Source of the DNA: an uncultured Gammaproteobacteria bacterium
Lineage (GTDB): Bacteria; Patescibacteriota; Patescibacteriia; UBA9934
Direction: 5' to 3'
Assembly: GCA_964344415.1 (NCBI GenBank)
Contig: CAYFMS010000001.1
Coordinates: 10,126 to 74,125, forward strand
Length of the DNA: 64,000 nt
This document shows positions 29,613 through 39,863 of this stretch, in pieces. Made by a program: the position numbers and the translations under genes. How positions within the stretch are numbered: the stretch's first letter is position 1; each line of letters starts with the position of its first letter. Under the pieces are notes generated by a model. That model did no database searches. It was not told the DNA's origin and saw only the letters and a program-made list of their open reading frames with translations.

Positions 29613-30737
29613 ATGCGCATTGGAATTGATGCAAGATTTTATGGACCGCGTGTCGGTGGAGGAGGTATTGGGCGATATACCCAGCAACTCGTCGATCATT
29701 TGCAGACCATTGATCAAGAACATGATTATGTCCTCTTTCTAAAAAAGGACAATTTTCATGAATGTAAAATCACCAATCCTCGCTTTGAAAAAGTCATGGC
29801 CGATGTTCACTGGTATGGATTGAAGGAACAAATAGTCATGCCGCGACTGATTCGCCGATCGCGCGTCGACTTTATTCATATTCCCCATTGGAATGTCCCG
29901 CTTTTTTGTCCCGTTCCATTTTTAACAACGATTCATGATCTTATTTTGATTGAAGATCGGCATAGTGCGCGTTCAAGTACAAGAAATCCTCTACTACATG
30001 GATTTAAATATGCCGGATTCCGCACCATTCTCGAAACGGCCATTCATGCGAGTAAACATATTTTTACTGTTTCACAGTTTAGTAAGCAGGCAATCCTGAA
30101 ACACTTTGGGATTAAGACGGATAAAATCACCGTTACATATAATGGAATTCTTCCCCTGCCTGCCAGTCGATCGGTCCGCCTGCGCGATATGGGTGTATAT
30201 GAACCGTATTATTTATATGTCGGTAATGCGTATCCGCATAAGAATTTAGAAATGATGATCGAGGCATTTTCCGTTTTTGCTCTCGCGCATCCGCATACGC
30301 AACTCGTGATTGCAGGAAGAAGAGATGTTTTCTCAAGAAAACTTGAAATGCATGCTCAAAAATTAGGCATCGATCCACATCGTATTATTTTTGTTGATCT
30401 CCCAAGTGATGAACAGATTAGCGCGCTCTATAAACATGCAGAATTGTTCATTTTTCCATCTCGACTTGAAGGTTTTGGCATGCCTCCGCTTGAAGCTTTG
30501 CAATGCGGGACACCGGCTGCTATTTCAAGCGCCGGACCACTTCCTGAAATTGTTGGCGACCTTGCAGAATATTTCGACCCAGATGACATGCGAAGACTTG
30601 CTGAAATTATGCTACTACGAGCCAAAAAACCAGATCTTTTTGCTGTTGATAGCCACAAGGTAAAGAATAAGCTTTCATTGTATAATTGGAAGGACATGGC
30701 CGCAAAGACCCTCGAGGTCTATAAGACATTTCGTTAG
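29613..30737 (+). CDS. Glycosyltransferase family 4 (GT4), leaderless start
   Basis: EGFGMPPLEALQCGTPAAIS motif; TATAAT lies 6 nt upstream of the ATG. Confidence 0.75.
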   Translation: MRIGIDARFYGPRVGGGGIGRYTQQLVDHLQTIDQEHDYVLFLKKDNFHECKITNPRFEKVMADVHWYGLKEQIVMPRLIRRSRVDFIHIPHWNVPLFCPVPFLTTIHDLILIEDRHSARSSTRNPLLHGFKYAGFRTILETAIHASKHIFTVSQFSKQAILKHFGIKTDKITVTYNGILPLPASRSVRLRDMGVYEPYYLYVGNAYPHKNLEMMIEAFSVFALAHPHTQLVIAGRRDVFSRKLEMHAQKLGIDPHRIIFVDLPSDEQISALYKHAELFIFPSRLEGFGMPPLEALQCGTPAAISSAGPLPEIVGDLAEYFDPDDMRRLAEIMLLRAKKPDLFAVDSHKVKNKLSLYNWKDMAAKTLEVYKTFR

Positions 30738-30754
30738 AAATAGGTCATTCCCCC

Positions 30755-33310
30755 ATGCGAAATAACAGCGAACAATCTTCGCCACGTATTTTTCGGACAG
30801 AGAATGTGTCTCTTCTTTTTGACTCTGCCCTTCCAGAATCGCTCATTCATACCGGTATTGCTAAAAAAACATCGGCATCACCCCGTATACATATTGGTGC
30901 AGAAAACCCGTCCCCATATGTCATTCATCTTGGTCATGAGCGAGAAGAAAACGCGATCAGTCAGGACCCAATTGCACAACTTGAATCAGATTTATTGAAT
31001 CAGTCTGAATTTTTTGTAGAAGAAGATGAAGTGGAGGATAATTTAGAAATTAGTATTGATGCTCTTCATCATCAACTAAGCGAGCTCGATCGCAATCAAC
31101 ATACTTCCCCTATTCACGTCGAAGTCGCAGCGTCAAAGGAAACCGTTCCTGAACCTTCAGCATCTCCTCTTCCTGCCTTTCAAGACAAGTCTGTGATTCA
31201 AGAGATCTTTCATACGGATGAGCTGCAATATCAAGCAGATGAGCCGGAATCTGCCAAAGCGACGAAAACAAGAATATTTCCTAAACCCCAATTGCGACTG
31301 CAGCTTTTTACGACAATGCGCGCAAAGGCACTTGCAAGCTTTATTGGTCTTTCCATGCTTATTGTCGGCCCAATTCATGCCATGCAAGGTTTTTCTAGCC
31401 TTCCTACAACCGCAGAAAAAACCACATCTCACGGGCTTTCAGCACTTTCAGAGCTAGATGCAGCTAAAACGGCTCTCGCAGACCAAGAATTCGAACTTGC
31501 TGCATCAAATTTCTCACGGGCAGAATCTGCTTTTTCGGATGCTGAAAAATCTGTGAATGAACTTGGCGCGGGTATTGCATTTGTCGCTAGCCTCATTCCT
31601 CGCACGAATAAAACATATGACTCTGTTGTAAACCTCATCGATGCGGGCCGATCTCTTTCAAATGCGGCAAAGCTCTTTTCAGAGGCAGCAGCTGAATTGA
31701 ATGTCGAAACAGAGGCCCCTGTCCCTGTCACGGAAAAATTACAAAGACTTGAATATTATTTTGCACAAATTCTTCCACAATTAGAACAGGCTGCGAATGC
31801 ACTTGATCATGTTGATGCAGGCATTGTTCCTGAAGAACATCAGCAAACAATTGCCGAGCTCAAATCATCCGTTCCAGCAGCTAAAAAGAGCGCTGAAGAA
31901 TTTCTCGCATTCTCAGAGACGCTTCGCACCATGCTCGGGGATGAAATGGACATGCGTTACTTACTCGCCTTCCAAAACAATACAGAGCTTCGAGCAACCG
32001 GTGGATTCATTGGTAGCTTTGCACAATTAGATTTCTCTCAAGGCAAAATCAAAAAGCTACATATTCCAGAAGGCGGAACGTATGATGTCCAAGGGCAACT
32101 TCAATCATTCGTAGAAGCGCCTGAGCCACTCACGCTTATTAACCCTCGATGGGAATTTCATGATGCAAATTGGTTCCCTGACTTCCCACTTTCAGCGCGT
32201 AAAATGCTCGATTTCTACGAGGAATCTGGCGGGCCAAGTGTTGACGGACTCATCGCCATCAATGCGAGTATTCTCCCAGAAATCTTAGCGATCACCGGAC
32301 CAATTGACTTACCGAAGTATGATCGTGTCATCACCAGCGAGAATGTTCTTTTCGAAACACAAAAAATCGTTGAATTTGAATACACGGAATACGAAAATGA
32401 AAATGATGAGCGAATCGAAGAAGCTCCGAAGGCATTTATCGGGGAGCTTGCCCCCCTTCTCCTTGAACGTATTGGTGAGCTTGAAATGAATGAATTATTG
32501 CAAGTTGCTGATCTCTTTGCCGGACAATTAAATCAAAGTGAAATACAGCTTTATTTTGCGAATAATGATTTACAAAAGACCATTGATCATCTTGGCTGGT
32601 CCGGAAAACAGCTCCATTCAACTGGTGACTATTTACAAATCATCAATTCAAATATTGGCGGAGGTAAAACGGATGGCATCATTGATCAGACCGTTCATAT
32701 GCAAGTTGAATTGCAACAAGATGGAAGTATTGTAAATACGCTTCACATCACAAAGACACATCGCGGTATAAAATCAGCGCTCTTCGAGGGGCAAAATAAT
32801 GTTGATTATATGCGTGTCTATGTGCCTGAAGGGTCCGAACTTCTATATGCGGATGGTTTTGAAATCCCAGATGAATCTCTCTTCGAGCAAAGCGCTATCC
32901 CTTTGAATACTGATGAAGACTTGGCATTTATTACATCTGACGCTTCTGAACATGAAGAAAGTCAAACGGATATTTGGCATGAAAATGGTAAAACTGTCTT
33001 TGGAAATTGGGTGCAAACAAAACCAGGCGAAACGCAGATTGTTACCATTAGCTATGAGCTTCCATTCAAAATTGATGCCGAAAAGCCAGATACATTCGCG
33101 CAAAAAATCAAAGATCAGATCGGCCTTCGAACACTTGATAATTATTCACTCTTGATTCAAAAGCAATCCGGCGTTGAGCATCGCGAAACAAGCGTTCAAT
33201 TCATTCTCCCTTCTGACAAAACTGTTCTTTGGAGCAGTCATGATGAATCGCCCGTCACCGTTCAGAATGAAAATAATGCGCTCATTCATTATCTCATTGA
33301 GTCATTTTAA
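30755..33310 (+). CDS. Large membrane-anchored DUF4012-like protein
   Basis: 851 aa with a TM at ~190; YLLAFQNNTELRATGGFIGSFAQLDF matches the conserved DUF4012 core found in polysaccharide loci. Confidence 0.5.
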   Translation: MRNNSEQSSPRIFRTENVSLLFDSALPESLIHTGIAKKTSASPRIHIGAENPSPYVIHLGHEREENAISQDPIAQLESDLLNQSEFFVEEDEVEDNLEISIDALHHQLSELDRNQHTSPIHVEVAASKETVPEPSASPLPAFQDKSVIQEIFHTDELQYQADEPESAKATKTRIFPKPQLRLQLFTTMRAKALASFIGLSMLIVGPIHAMQGFSSLPTTAEKTTSHGLSALSELDAAKTALADQEFELAASNFSRAESAFSDAEKSVNELGAGIAFVASLIPRTNKTYDSVVNLIDAGRSLSNAAKLFSEAAAELNVETEAPVPVTEKLQRLEYYFAQILPQLEQAANALDHVDAGIVPEEHQQTIAELKSSVPAAKKSAEEFLAFSETLRTMLGDEMDMRYLLAFQNNTELRATGGFIGSFAQLDFSQGKIKKLHIPEGGTYDVQGQLQSFVEAPEPLTLINPRWEFHDANWFPDFPLSARKMLDFYEESGGPSVDGLIAINASILPEILAITGPIDLPKYDRVITSENVLFETQKIVEFEYTEYENENDERIEEAPKAFIGELAPLLLERIGELEMNELLQVADLFAGQLNQSEIQLYFANNDLQKTIDHLGWSGKQLHSTGDYLQIINSNIGGGKTDGIIDQTVHMQVELQQDGSIVNTLHITKTHRGIKSALFEGQNNVDYMRVYVPEGSELLYADGFEIPDESLFEQSAIPLNTDEDLAFITSDASEHEESQTDIWHENGKTVFGNWVQTKPGETQIVTISYELPFKIDAEKPDTFAQKIKDQIGLRTLDNYSLLIQKQSGVEHRETSVQFILPSDKTVLWSSHDESPVTVQNENNALIHYLIESF

Positions 33311-33312
33311 TT

Positions 33313-35139
33313 ATGTCCAAAAAGAAAAAGCCCTCAAAGGCTCAGCATAAAAAAGAAAATGTGAAGCAGATTCAAGATGGATTGAAGGCTATTTATGGTG
33401 ATGAAAAAGTAGATTTTTCTAAGATCGACAGAAAAAAGGCTGACACAACGACATGGCTTTTAAGAATTATCTTTATCCTTGCAGGTATTGCAGCGGCGGC
33501 ATGGGGTAGTTTTTTTGTCTATCAAAATTACTTCGCACAAAAAGGTGAAACGGGATTTGAACTCGATATTTTGCATGAAAAGGACATTACAAGTGGGACA
33601 GAAACGAGTTTGAGCATTCATTATCGTAATCGCAGTAATGCGCCGCTGGCCGCGCTTGATATCGATTTAAATATCCCAGACGGTTTTATTATTACATCGA
33701 CAAGCGAAGAAATGGACGATACAGATGAACTCATTTGGCAACTCGGTTCCTTGCCGGCTCGCAGCGATGGCATTATTGATATTGAAGGAATCTGGGTTTC
33801 TGACATACCAGACACACAAGTGGTGCAGGTACTCGCTGAATATAAACCGAGTAATTTTAATGCAGATTTCCAGAAAATAGAGACGCTTCAAATCAATACG
33901 ATTCATAGCATTATCGACACAGAACTCACTGGACCCGAGGAATTAACACCTGGTGATATTGGTGAATACGAACTCATGATTTCAAATCCAAGCGCCTTTG
34001 ACAGCCCGCCGCTGCGAATCACTATCGATGCACCAGACGGTTTTTTCTTGGAAGATAGTGATCCAGAAATTGAACCCGGATCTGCGCTCATATTCGATAT
34101 CCCTGCCCTTGAAAAAGAATCTGAAACATCTATTTCCTTCTCCGGATCTTTTTCATCCGATACGGAAGGGTTTGAATATGTAACCGCTATCACATCTTTC
34201 AAGCATAATGATCAGGTATTCGAACAAACAAATTCACAAATGTTCACCGATGTACTTGCAAGTGACCTCTCTGTACAGCTCGTCATCAATGGGTCGGGCA
34301 ATTCGGCGAGTGGTGCTCTTGGAGAAGATTCAAGAATTACGGTAGCCATCGAAAATACAGGTTCGAGCACCGTTGATGACGCTTCACTCCTACTCGATTT
34401 CCAGGTTGAAGAAGGAAAAAGGATGCCAATTCTGTGGTCAAGCGCTGATTATGATGGCGGGACGCTGACATCGGATGGTGTTCGGTGGAATAGCTCAGAT
34501 ATTGGCAGTATTGCACCGGGTGAAAAAAAGCTCTTCAATTTACGATTCCCTATTAAATCTACCCTTGCGGGCGATGATGCGGATGCCTTAACCGTTATCG
34601 CACATGTTGAACGATCGAGTGGAACAGTGCGGTCAAAGACCATACCAATTATTATTTCAGCTTCAACCGATTTTAATGCATGGCTTCGATACTTTGATGC
34701 GGACGGTGTCGTTATTGGATCTGGCCCCTTGCCCCCAGTATCAAGTGAAAAAACCACATATCAACTTGTATTTGAAATTGGGAATTCCATTCACCCGCTT
34801 CAGGATATTCGCGTCGAATCTACACTTGCGCCCGCTGCAGCATTCGAAGGTGGCACTTCATCGGATTCGGGAAGTATTTTCTACGATGCCGATACAAGAA
34901 AAATCATTTGGGACATGAATGACTTGGCAGAGCATGCGGGAAATATACAGGCTACTGTATTTATTTCCATCACGCCGGACGCTCAGGACATTGGAAATTT
35001 TGTTCAGCTTTTATCAGCACCGACTCTCATTGCAACCGATGCTGAAACATCTGACTTCATTCAAGAGTCAGAATCAAAATTAACAACCGAACTCGTGGAC
35101 GACTCTTTCAATACCGCCAGCGGAGTGGTTTCGGAGTAA
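33313..35139 (+). CDS. Large N-terminally anchored extracellular protein, unknown function
   Basis: 608 aa; basic cytoplasmic N-terminus, one TM, then a D/S/T-rich beta-rich ectodomain. Confidence 0.5.
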   Translation: MSKKKKPSKAQHKKENVKQIQDGLKAIYGDEKVDFSKIDRKKADTTTWLLRIIFILAGIAAAAWGSFFVYQNYFAQKGETGFELDILHEKDITSGTETSLSIHYRNRSNAPLAALDIDLNIPDGFIITSTSEEMDDTDELIWQLGSLPARSDGIIDIEGIWVSDIPDTQVVQVLAEYKPSNFNADFQKIETLQINTIHSIIDTELTGPEELTPGDIGEYELMISNPSAFDSPPLRITIDAPDGFFLEDSDPEIEPGSALIFDIPALEKESETSISFSGSFSSDTEGFEYVTAITSFKHNDQVFEQTNSQMFTDVLASDLSVQLVINGSGNSASGALGEDSRITVAIENTGSSTVDDASLLLDFQVEEGKRMPILWSSADYDGGTLTSDGVRWNSSDIGSIAPGEKKLFNLRFPIKSTLAGDDADALTVIAHVERSSGTVRSKTIPIIISASTDFNAWLRYFDADGVVIGSGPLPPVSSEKTTYQLVFEIGNSIHPLQDIRVESTLAPAAAFEGGTSSDSGSIFYDADTRKIIWDMNDLAEHAGNIQATVFISITPDAQDIGNFVQLLSAPTLIATDAETSDFIQESESKLTTELVDDSFNTASGVVSE

Positions 35140-35141
35140 TA

Positions 35142-36095
35142 TTAGCGCCCTCGCAATTTCTTGCTCAAGCGATACATGCCATACCATAATTGCTTCATGG
35201 CAAGGTCATATGTTCCGGGCATTTCAATATAATTTCCCCCAAAGCTCATTTTGTATCTTGTGATACCCGACCAAGACGATTTTTCATTTCCACCCTCCGG
35301 TGCCACACCCCAAAAATCAAATTTGTTCATACCACGAGCGCGAGCATCTTCAATAAGAAAATGATGTAAAACATATTGCGCCATAACATTGCGATGCAAA
35401 TTACTTGTTGCACCATGCAAATATGTTCGCGTCCCCGCAAAATCAAGAATGATATTCATGGCAATAGGTCGATCTTCAAAAAATGCGCCAACAAGCTTTG
35501 CATCAAGAGATGAATCAAGCAATGCTTTATAATAATTTGCCGCATGCGCACTGAATCCATCGCGTACTCGCGTTTGATCCATCAGCCTTAGGAAATCTTC
35601 AATATATTCCTCCGTGTCTAGAAATCTTGTTTCCACCCCTTTACGCGCACCAAGCCGAATATTATAACGAGTTTTTGACTTCATGCTTGCCAAGATTTCA
35701 TCACTCTCTCGATTTAAATCAATCTGAACCGTAGCCCGCGGCTGAACACTACTAACCAATTTTAAACTACAAGACTGATCTGGTTCCATTCGTAAAAACA
35801 TGGCATCACCCAGTTTTTCACGTAAAAGTGGGAGTATGTCATTCATTTCAAATGATCCAATTGGCCCTTTTGGCATATACCAATAGTATTGACCAAGAGG
35901 CAAATCCATTTGAATTGCGCTTGCTGCCATACCCGCTTCATGAATCCGCTCGATACGTCTTCCAAGGGCTGACTGAAATTCACCCCATTCCCATGACTGT
36001 AAGAAGCCACCAAAGGGTGGTTTATGCTCGACAACAAATTGATTCCATTCTTCTCTCGTCATGTTATTTTGAACCTCCCGCCATGCGTAAGGCAT
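35142..36095 (-). CDS. FemAB-family peptidoglycan bridge-forming (aminoacyl)transferase-like protein
   Basis: 317 aa; overall similarity to FemX/FemAB GNAT-like (RYNIRLGARKGVETRFLD...); start may be the internal Met at 36062, immediately after the ruvA stop. Confidence 0.5.
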   Translation of the reverse strand: MPYAWREVQNNMTREEWNQFVVEHKPPFGGFLQSWEWGEFQSALGRRIERIHEAGMAASAIQMDLPLGQYYWYMPKGPIGSFEMNDILPLLREKLGDAMFLRMEPDQSCSLKLVSSVQPRATVQIDLNRESDEILASMKSKTRYNIRLGARKGVETRFLDTEEYIEDFLRLMDQTRVRDGFSAHAANYYKALLDSSLDAKLVGAFFEDRPIAMNIILDFAGTRTYLHGATSNLHRNVMAQYVLHHFLIEDARARGMNKFDFWGVAPEGGNEKSSWSGITRYKMSFGGNYIEMPGTYDLAMKQLWYGMYRLSKKLRGR

Positions 36096-36618
36096 TTTTT
36101 ATTTTCTCTTCCATCGTATCTCCATCAAGGTCCGCAGCCATAGCTGCTGCTTCCTTCGATGGATAGCCAAGACTCACAAGGGCATCGATGACATCTTTAT
36201 CGCCCGTCTCTGTTTTCGACTCATCATCAAGCGCCAATACTCCCTTTAATTCGAGTACGATTTTTTGAGCTGTCTTCTTCCCCACTCCCGGTAAACTCGT
36301 TAGAAAATGAACATCCCCCTCAACTATTTTCTGAGTAATTTCATCCGGTTTGAATGCATTCAAAATCTTCTGCGCCATTTTATGACCTATTCCGGGTACA
36401 TCAATAAGCTTTTCAAATACTTCCATTACATCCCTCCCCTGAAATCCATATAGTTCACGACGATCCTCGCGGACTAAATCATGAATCCAAAACTCAACCC
36501 TAGATCCATTCAGCGGATTGCATCCCACAGGTGCGACAAGATACCCAATTGCATTTGCCTTAACAATGACCCCCTCTAGACCAACATCCATAACCTCCCC
36601 TTCAATATAACGAATCAT
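36064..36618 (-). CDS. ruvA: Holliday junction branch migration protein RuvA
   Basis: HhH motifs LTSLPGVGKKTAQKIVLELKG, N-terminal OB fold; start at MIRYIEGEV (36618). Confidence 0.8.
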   Translation of the reverse strand: MIRYIEGEVMDVGLEGVIVKANAIGYLVAPVGCNPLNGSRVEFWIHDLVREDRRELYGFQGRDVMEVFEKLIDVPGIGHKMAQKILNAFKPDEITQKIVEGDVHFLTSLPGVGKKTAQKIVLELKGVLALDDESKTETGDKDVIDALVSLGYPSKEAAAMAADLDGDTMEEKIKNALRMAGGSK

Positions 36619-36719
36619 ATACTCAATATTATAATGCAGGTTCGTCCTCTTAGCGAATATACCAACTTTCAATATGGCGCGCGCTCCCTACTTACTATTT
36701 ACTACTAGCTACTTACCGG

Positions 36720-37910
36720 TTATGCATGCCACTCCTTCCTTGCATGATGTATTCTCGATTCGAGTGCAGACAAATCAGGATCTATAGCTTTATGAGGGCC
36801 TCGAATCAACGAATGCACCCTTTCAATGAATGACGCGCGCTCTGGACCGAATGGAATCTGTAATTCCTGAAATATTTCATCAGAGCTGAGATTATGTTTA
36901 TGTAAAATGTCTTTAAACGCTGCCTGTTCCTGCTGTTGAATACGATCCTTTCTCACCTGTCTATGCTTTGCCATCAATAAATCTTCACTGCGCAAGAAAC
37001 TCAAAAACACATGATAGTCGCTCGAATGCTCACCATGTTCATAATGAACACTGCCGCAAACAACATCAAGGAAAAGTACGCATGCCATCAAATCCATTGC
37101 ATCGCCCGCATCAAATCCTGCGCGGTGAGCCCTGTCAATCATGACCTGCATTTTTGTAGCTGATGGATTTTGGAAGAACTCAATTGCGTCGACATGATAT
37201 TTGATCAGAAAATTCACCAATTCAATATCTCGCTCAGACAATCGAAGCCACTCACCCACTCCCCTCCTCAAATCTGCAGATTCTCTGGAACTAGAAATAG
37301 CAGCATGATTTGGGTAATGCACCTCGATTTCATATTTATCATAAAAAGCACCCATCACTTCATGTACAGCCGCATGCGGATACTTTGCATGCATTCCCCG
37401 AAATAATTTCAGAAAAAGATCACGCTCACCTGAACTCATTTTTTCATGCTTTCGATGCTTATGCTGAAAAAGGGACAATCCCGCCCCCTCACTATGACGA
37501 TGAGCTTCAAATGTGGCTGTCTCGACCTTGCCGATATCGTGCAAAAGACAAAAAGCATAAAGACTTGCTGCTTTTTCCTTCATAATGAGCTGAAGATGCA
37601 AAATGTCGTCGGCGAAATTCTTCTCTCTTTTCAATTCCTCGATTTCAAGTAGCGATACATTGTCAGAAAGGGCAAAAAGCGTCGCAAGCATCCGCTTTAC
37701 ATGATCTGAAACAATTGCCCCTTCACTATGCCAAGGAGGTGACTGAGGTACAGAATTCAATCCCTTGAGATCCGGAAATTTCTGCGCTGCAGAAAGCCAT
37801 GCATCATCCGCAGATAGAATATTCTTTTCCGTCAACACACGTTCATTCATCCAATCCAAAATAGAATATGTGAATGGAACAGATGTTTTTTTGGTTAATA
37901 ACCTGAGCAT
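36720..37910 (-). CDS. HD-domain phosphohydrolase family protein
   Basis: LLHDIGKVE with upstream His; 396 aa. Confidence 0.55.
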   Translation of the reverse strand: MLRLLTKKTSVPFTYSILDWMNERVLTEKNILSADDAWLSAAQKFPDLKGLNSVPQSPPWHSEGAIVSDHVKRMLATLFALSDNVSLLEIEELKREKNFADDILHLQLIMKEKAASLYAFCLLHDIGKVETATFEAHRHSEGAGLSLFQHKHRKHEKMSSGERDLFLKLFRGMHAKYPHAAVHEVMGAFYDKYEIEVHYPNHAAISSSRESADLRRGVGEWLRLSERDIELVNFLIKYHVDAIEFFQNPSATKMQVMIDRAHRAGFDAGDAMDLMACVLFLDVVCGSVHYEHGEHSSDYHVFLSFLRSEDLLMAKHRQVRKDRIQQQEQAAFKDILHKHNLSSDEIFQELQIPFGPERASFIERVHSLIRGPHKAIDPDLSALESRIHHARKEWHA

Positions 37911-37934
37911 GATTTGTATTATAGCGCAGTTGAG

Positions 37935-38765
37935 CTATTCAATTTCGAGCATGCGCATCACATCATCCACAATATCCTCCCCCTCTTTCTGCCATATTCC
38001 CCAACAAGTGTCTCCGCCATATGTAAATCCCCCGAAGCGCTTCAGTAAATCAAGCGCCTTGTCTGTTTCCTGCACATATAAAATATGCCCCTGCTTCAAA
38101 AGCAGAGTTGTTGGCTTGCCAAAATGATGCGCCATTTCAAATGAAAGAGCATCGCGAATTCCAATCTCTGGATTTGCATTCTCGACAAAGACAAAATTGC
38201 CCCTCCCCTCTCTTTCGGCAAATGCTTTTTTCGCCTGCGCCTCTTCCTCTTTTCTCTTATCTCCCCCAAGCTCGAGCAGTAATGCATGATAATAATCCAG
38301 CCCCCGTTTTTCATCTTCTGGATTCAAATTCATTTCCTTTACCGCCCAGACAAATCCTCTGTCCATTGCTGCCACTATTTGAATCATGAGAGAATCAAAT
38401 CCATGTTTTTCAAGTTCTTCATTTGAGATTTCGAAATAAGCAAGAAATTGCTCAAGAGAACTTATGTCATTTGTTCGGTCGAGCTCACCGTATCGGTGAT
38501 GGTCAATGATGACCACTTTTAATCCTTGATCTTCGAGCTCTTTTTCTGTTTTTGGATCTGGGATTTCGATAATGACAATTCTGTCAGCATCTGGATTTAC
38601 TTCTTTTGCGCGAGCAATGAGATTCTCTTCCTTGTCGAGCTTCGCTCCATGCGGCTGATTTGAAATAAGCGTCGGGATTTTTAATTTCTCGGCGATTGCC
38701 CTAATCGTAAGCGATTCAGGATCATTAATAGGTATCAGAAGTACAATTGTATCGGTAGAAATCAT
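37935..38765 (-). CDS. DHH-family phosphoesterase-like protein
   Basis: VIIDHH motif; start moved to MISTDT (38765) because the upstream extension runs into a terminator. Confidence 0.4.
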   Translation of the reverse strand: MISTDTIVLLIPINDPESLTIRAIAEKLKIPTLISNQPHGAKLDKEENLIARAKEVNPDADRIVIIEIPDPKTEKELEDQGLKVVIIDHHRYGELDRTNDISSLEQFLAYFEISNEELEKHGFDSLMIQIVAAMDRGFVWAVKEMNLNPEDEKRGLDYYHALLLELGGDKRKEEEAQAKKAFAEREGRGNFVFVENANPEIGIRDALSFEMAHHFGKPTTLLLKQGHILYVQETDKALDLLKRFGGFTYGGDTCWGIWQKEGEDIVDDVMRMLEIE

Positions 38766-38796
38766 ATACGCTATTGTACCCGAGGATGATATTTGC

Positions 38797-38833
38797 AAAA
38801 AGAAAAAGCCCCGCCGCATTGCAGCGACAGGGC
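38797..38833 (-). terminator. Strong rho-independent terminator closing the GC-rich cassette
   Basis: Minus strand gccctgtcgc-tgcaat-gcggcggggc (10 bp stem) followed by TTTTTCTTTTT. Confidence 0.8.
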
Positions 38834-39206
38834 TTGACGTGATCGTTTGGCGCGACCCTAACGAGGTGATCGACCCCCGACAGCCATTATGTATCCACGC
38901 GCCCTAGGCTATATGAGGCGCGCTTCTAAACTACATCATTTCATCTCACTTCTGAGTTTCAATCTGCTCCGTACCCTGATTCCTTCCCGAGGGAACGTGG
39001 AAGGGGGCTGCATTATCTGTTTGCGATTTAAGTTCTTGGATGTTCAGATGGCACACCCAGAACCGAGGATTTCTTTTTGGCGCGTGATACCTACGCATTG
39101 GTTTCGAGCATTTCTACTCCTTTTTCTCTCAGCAAGTTTGATTAATCAAACTCGCAGTTGAGTGGCCGACCCGTGGATTTCTCCAGGGTCGGCCCGTTGG
39201 TACGGA
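38834..39206 (-). other. GC-rich structured non-coding tail (~370 nt) of the 39207..39773 transcript
   Basis: No plausible ORF on either strand; several strong hairpins (ggccgaccc...gggtcggcc, gcgcgcc...ggcgcgu); GC well above the genome background. Confidence 0.5.
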
Positions 39207-39773
39207 TCACTGACCAGGATCGAAGTTGAACTCGTACTCGTACAAGACGTCCCCGATTCGATCCCATGCATCGCCCTGCCTGACACAGCAGTGCAAGAGA
39301 GCGGCGATCTTTTTGCCAAGACCAGGGACTTCAGGGTTGTACCCGCCATGCATCTTGGCATCACGATCCTCGAGAAGCTCCTCGATGCGCTCGTAGCGCT
39401 CGTCGGAGGTCATGCCGTTCCAGTTCTCACGCCTCTTGGGCTGAGAGCAGGAATTGACATGCCTCATTACCTTCTCGATCTCAGCAGGATTCATCCCCCC
39501 GCGGTACCCGATTTCCTGCTGGAAGGCGGAGGCGGCTTCCCTCGCAACAACGAAAGCTCTCAGTGCCTTCAGACGATCTTCCAAGGTCTTGATGAACTTT
39601 TCGACAGCCTCTGCTCTGAATTTCCCTCGCCAATCTGCCGCCCGCTTCAGGCGGCGACTCTCGTTCACGAGCTCGAGCAGTCGCTCCAGGTCTTCGACGC
39701 GGCGATTCTTCGCCCCGTGGAACCCGCCACCGATCACCTTATCGCGCACTAGTCGCAAATTCTGCTTTCCCAT
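39207..39773 (-). CDS. Orphan hypothetical protein in a GC-rich cassette (188 aa)
   Basis: SD GGAGG 5 nt upstream; helical charged protein, no recognised motif; preferred over the antisense ORF 39162..39752 on composition and RBS grounds. Confidence 0.5.
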   Translation of the reverse strand: MGKQNLRLVRDKVIGGGFHGAKNRRVEDLERLLELVNESRRLKRAADWRGKFRAEAVEKFIKTLEDRLKALRAFVVAREAASAFQQEIGYRGGMNPAEIEKVMRHVNSCSQPKRRENWNGMTSDERYERIEELLEDRDAKMHGGYNPEVPGLGKKIAALLHCCVRQGDAWDRIGDVLYEYEFNFDPGQ

Positions 39774-39833
39774 CTCTTCCTCCAGCGCCGGATAGGCGCA
39801 AAATGTTCATGTCGCCAAAAATGAACGACGTAT

Positions 39834-39863
39834 AAATATAGCAAAAAAACAGCCTTTTGTCAA
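39834..39863 (-). promoter_or_regulatory. Near-consensus promoter of the GC-rich cassette, overlapping the ileS terminator
   Basis: Minus strand TTGACA-17-TATATT; hairpin gcctt...aaggc plus T7 at 39851..39882 serves as the ileS terminator. Confidence 0.5.

Noticed and set aside
39162-39752. Plus-strand ORF 39162..39752 (196 aa)
   Set aside because: It has a Pro/Leu-rich implausible composition and no RBS; the antisense ORF 39207..39773 has a strong SD, a consensus promoter and a terminator.
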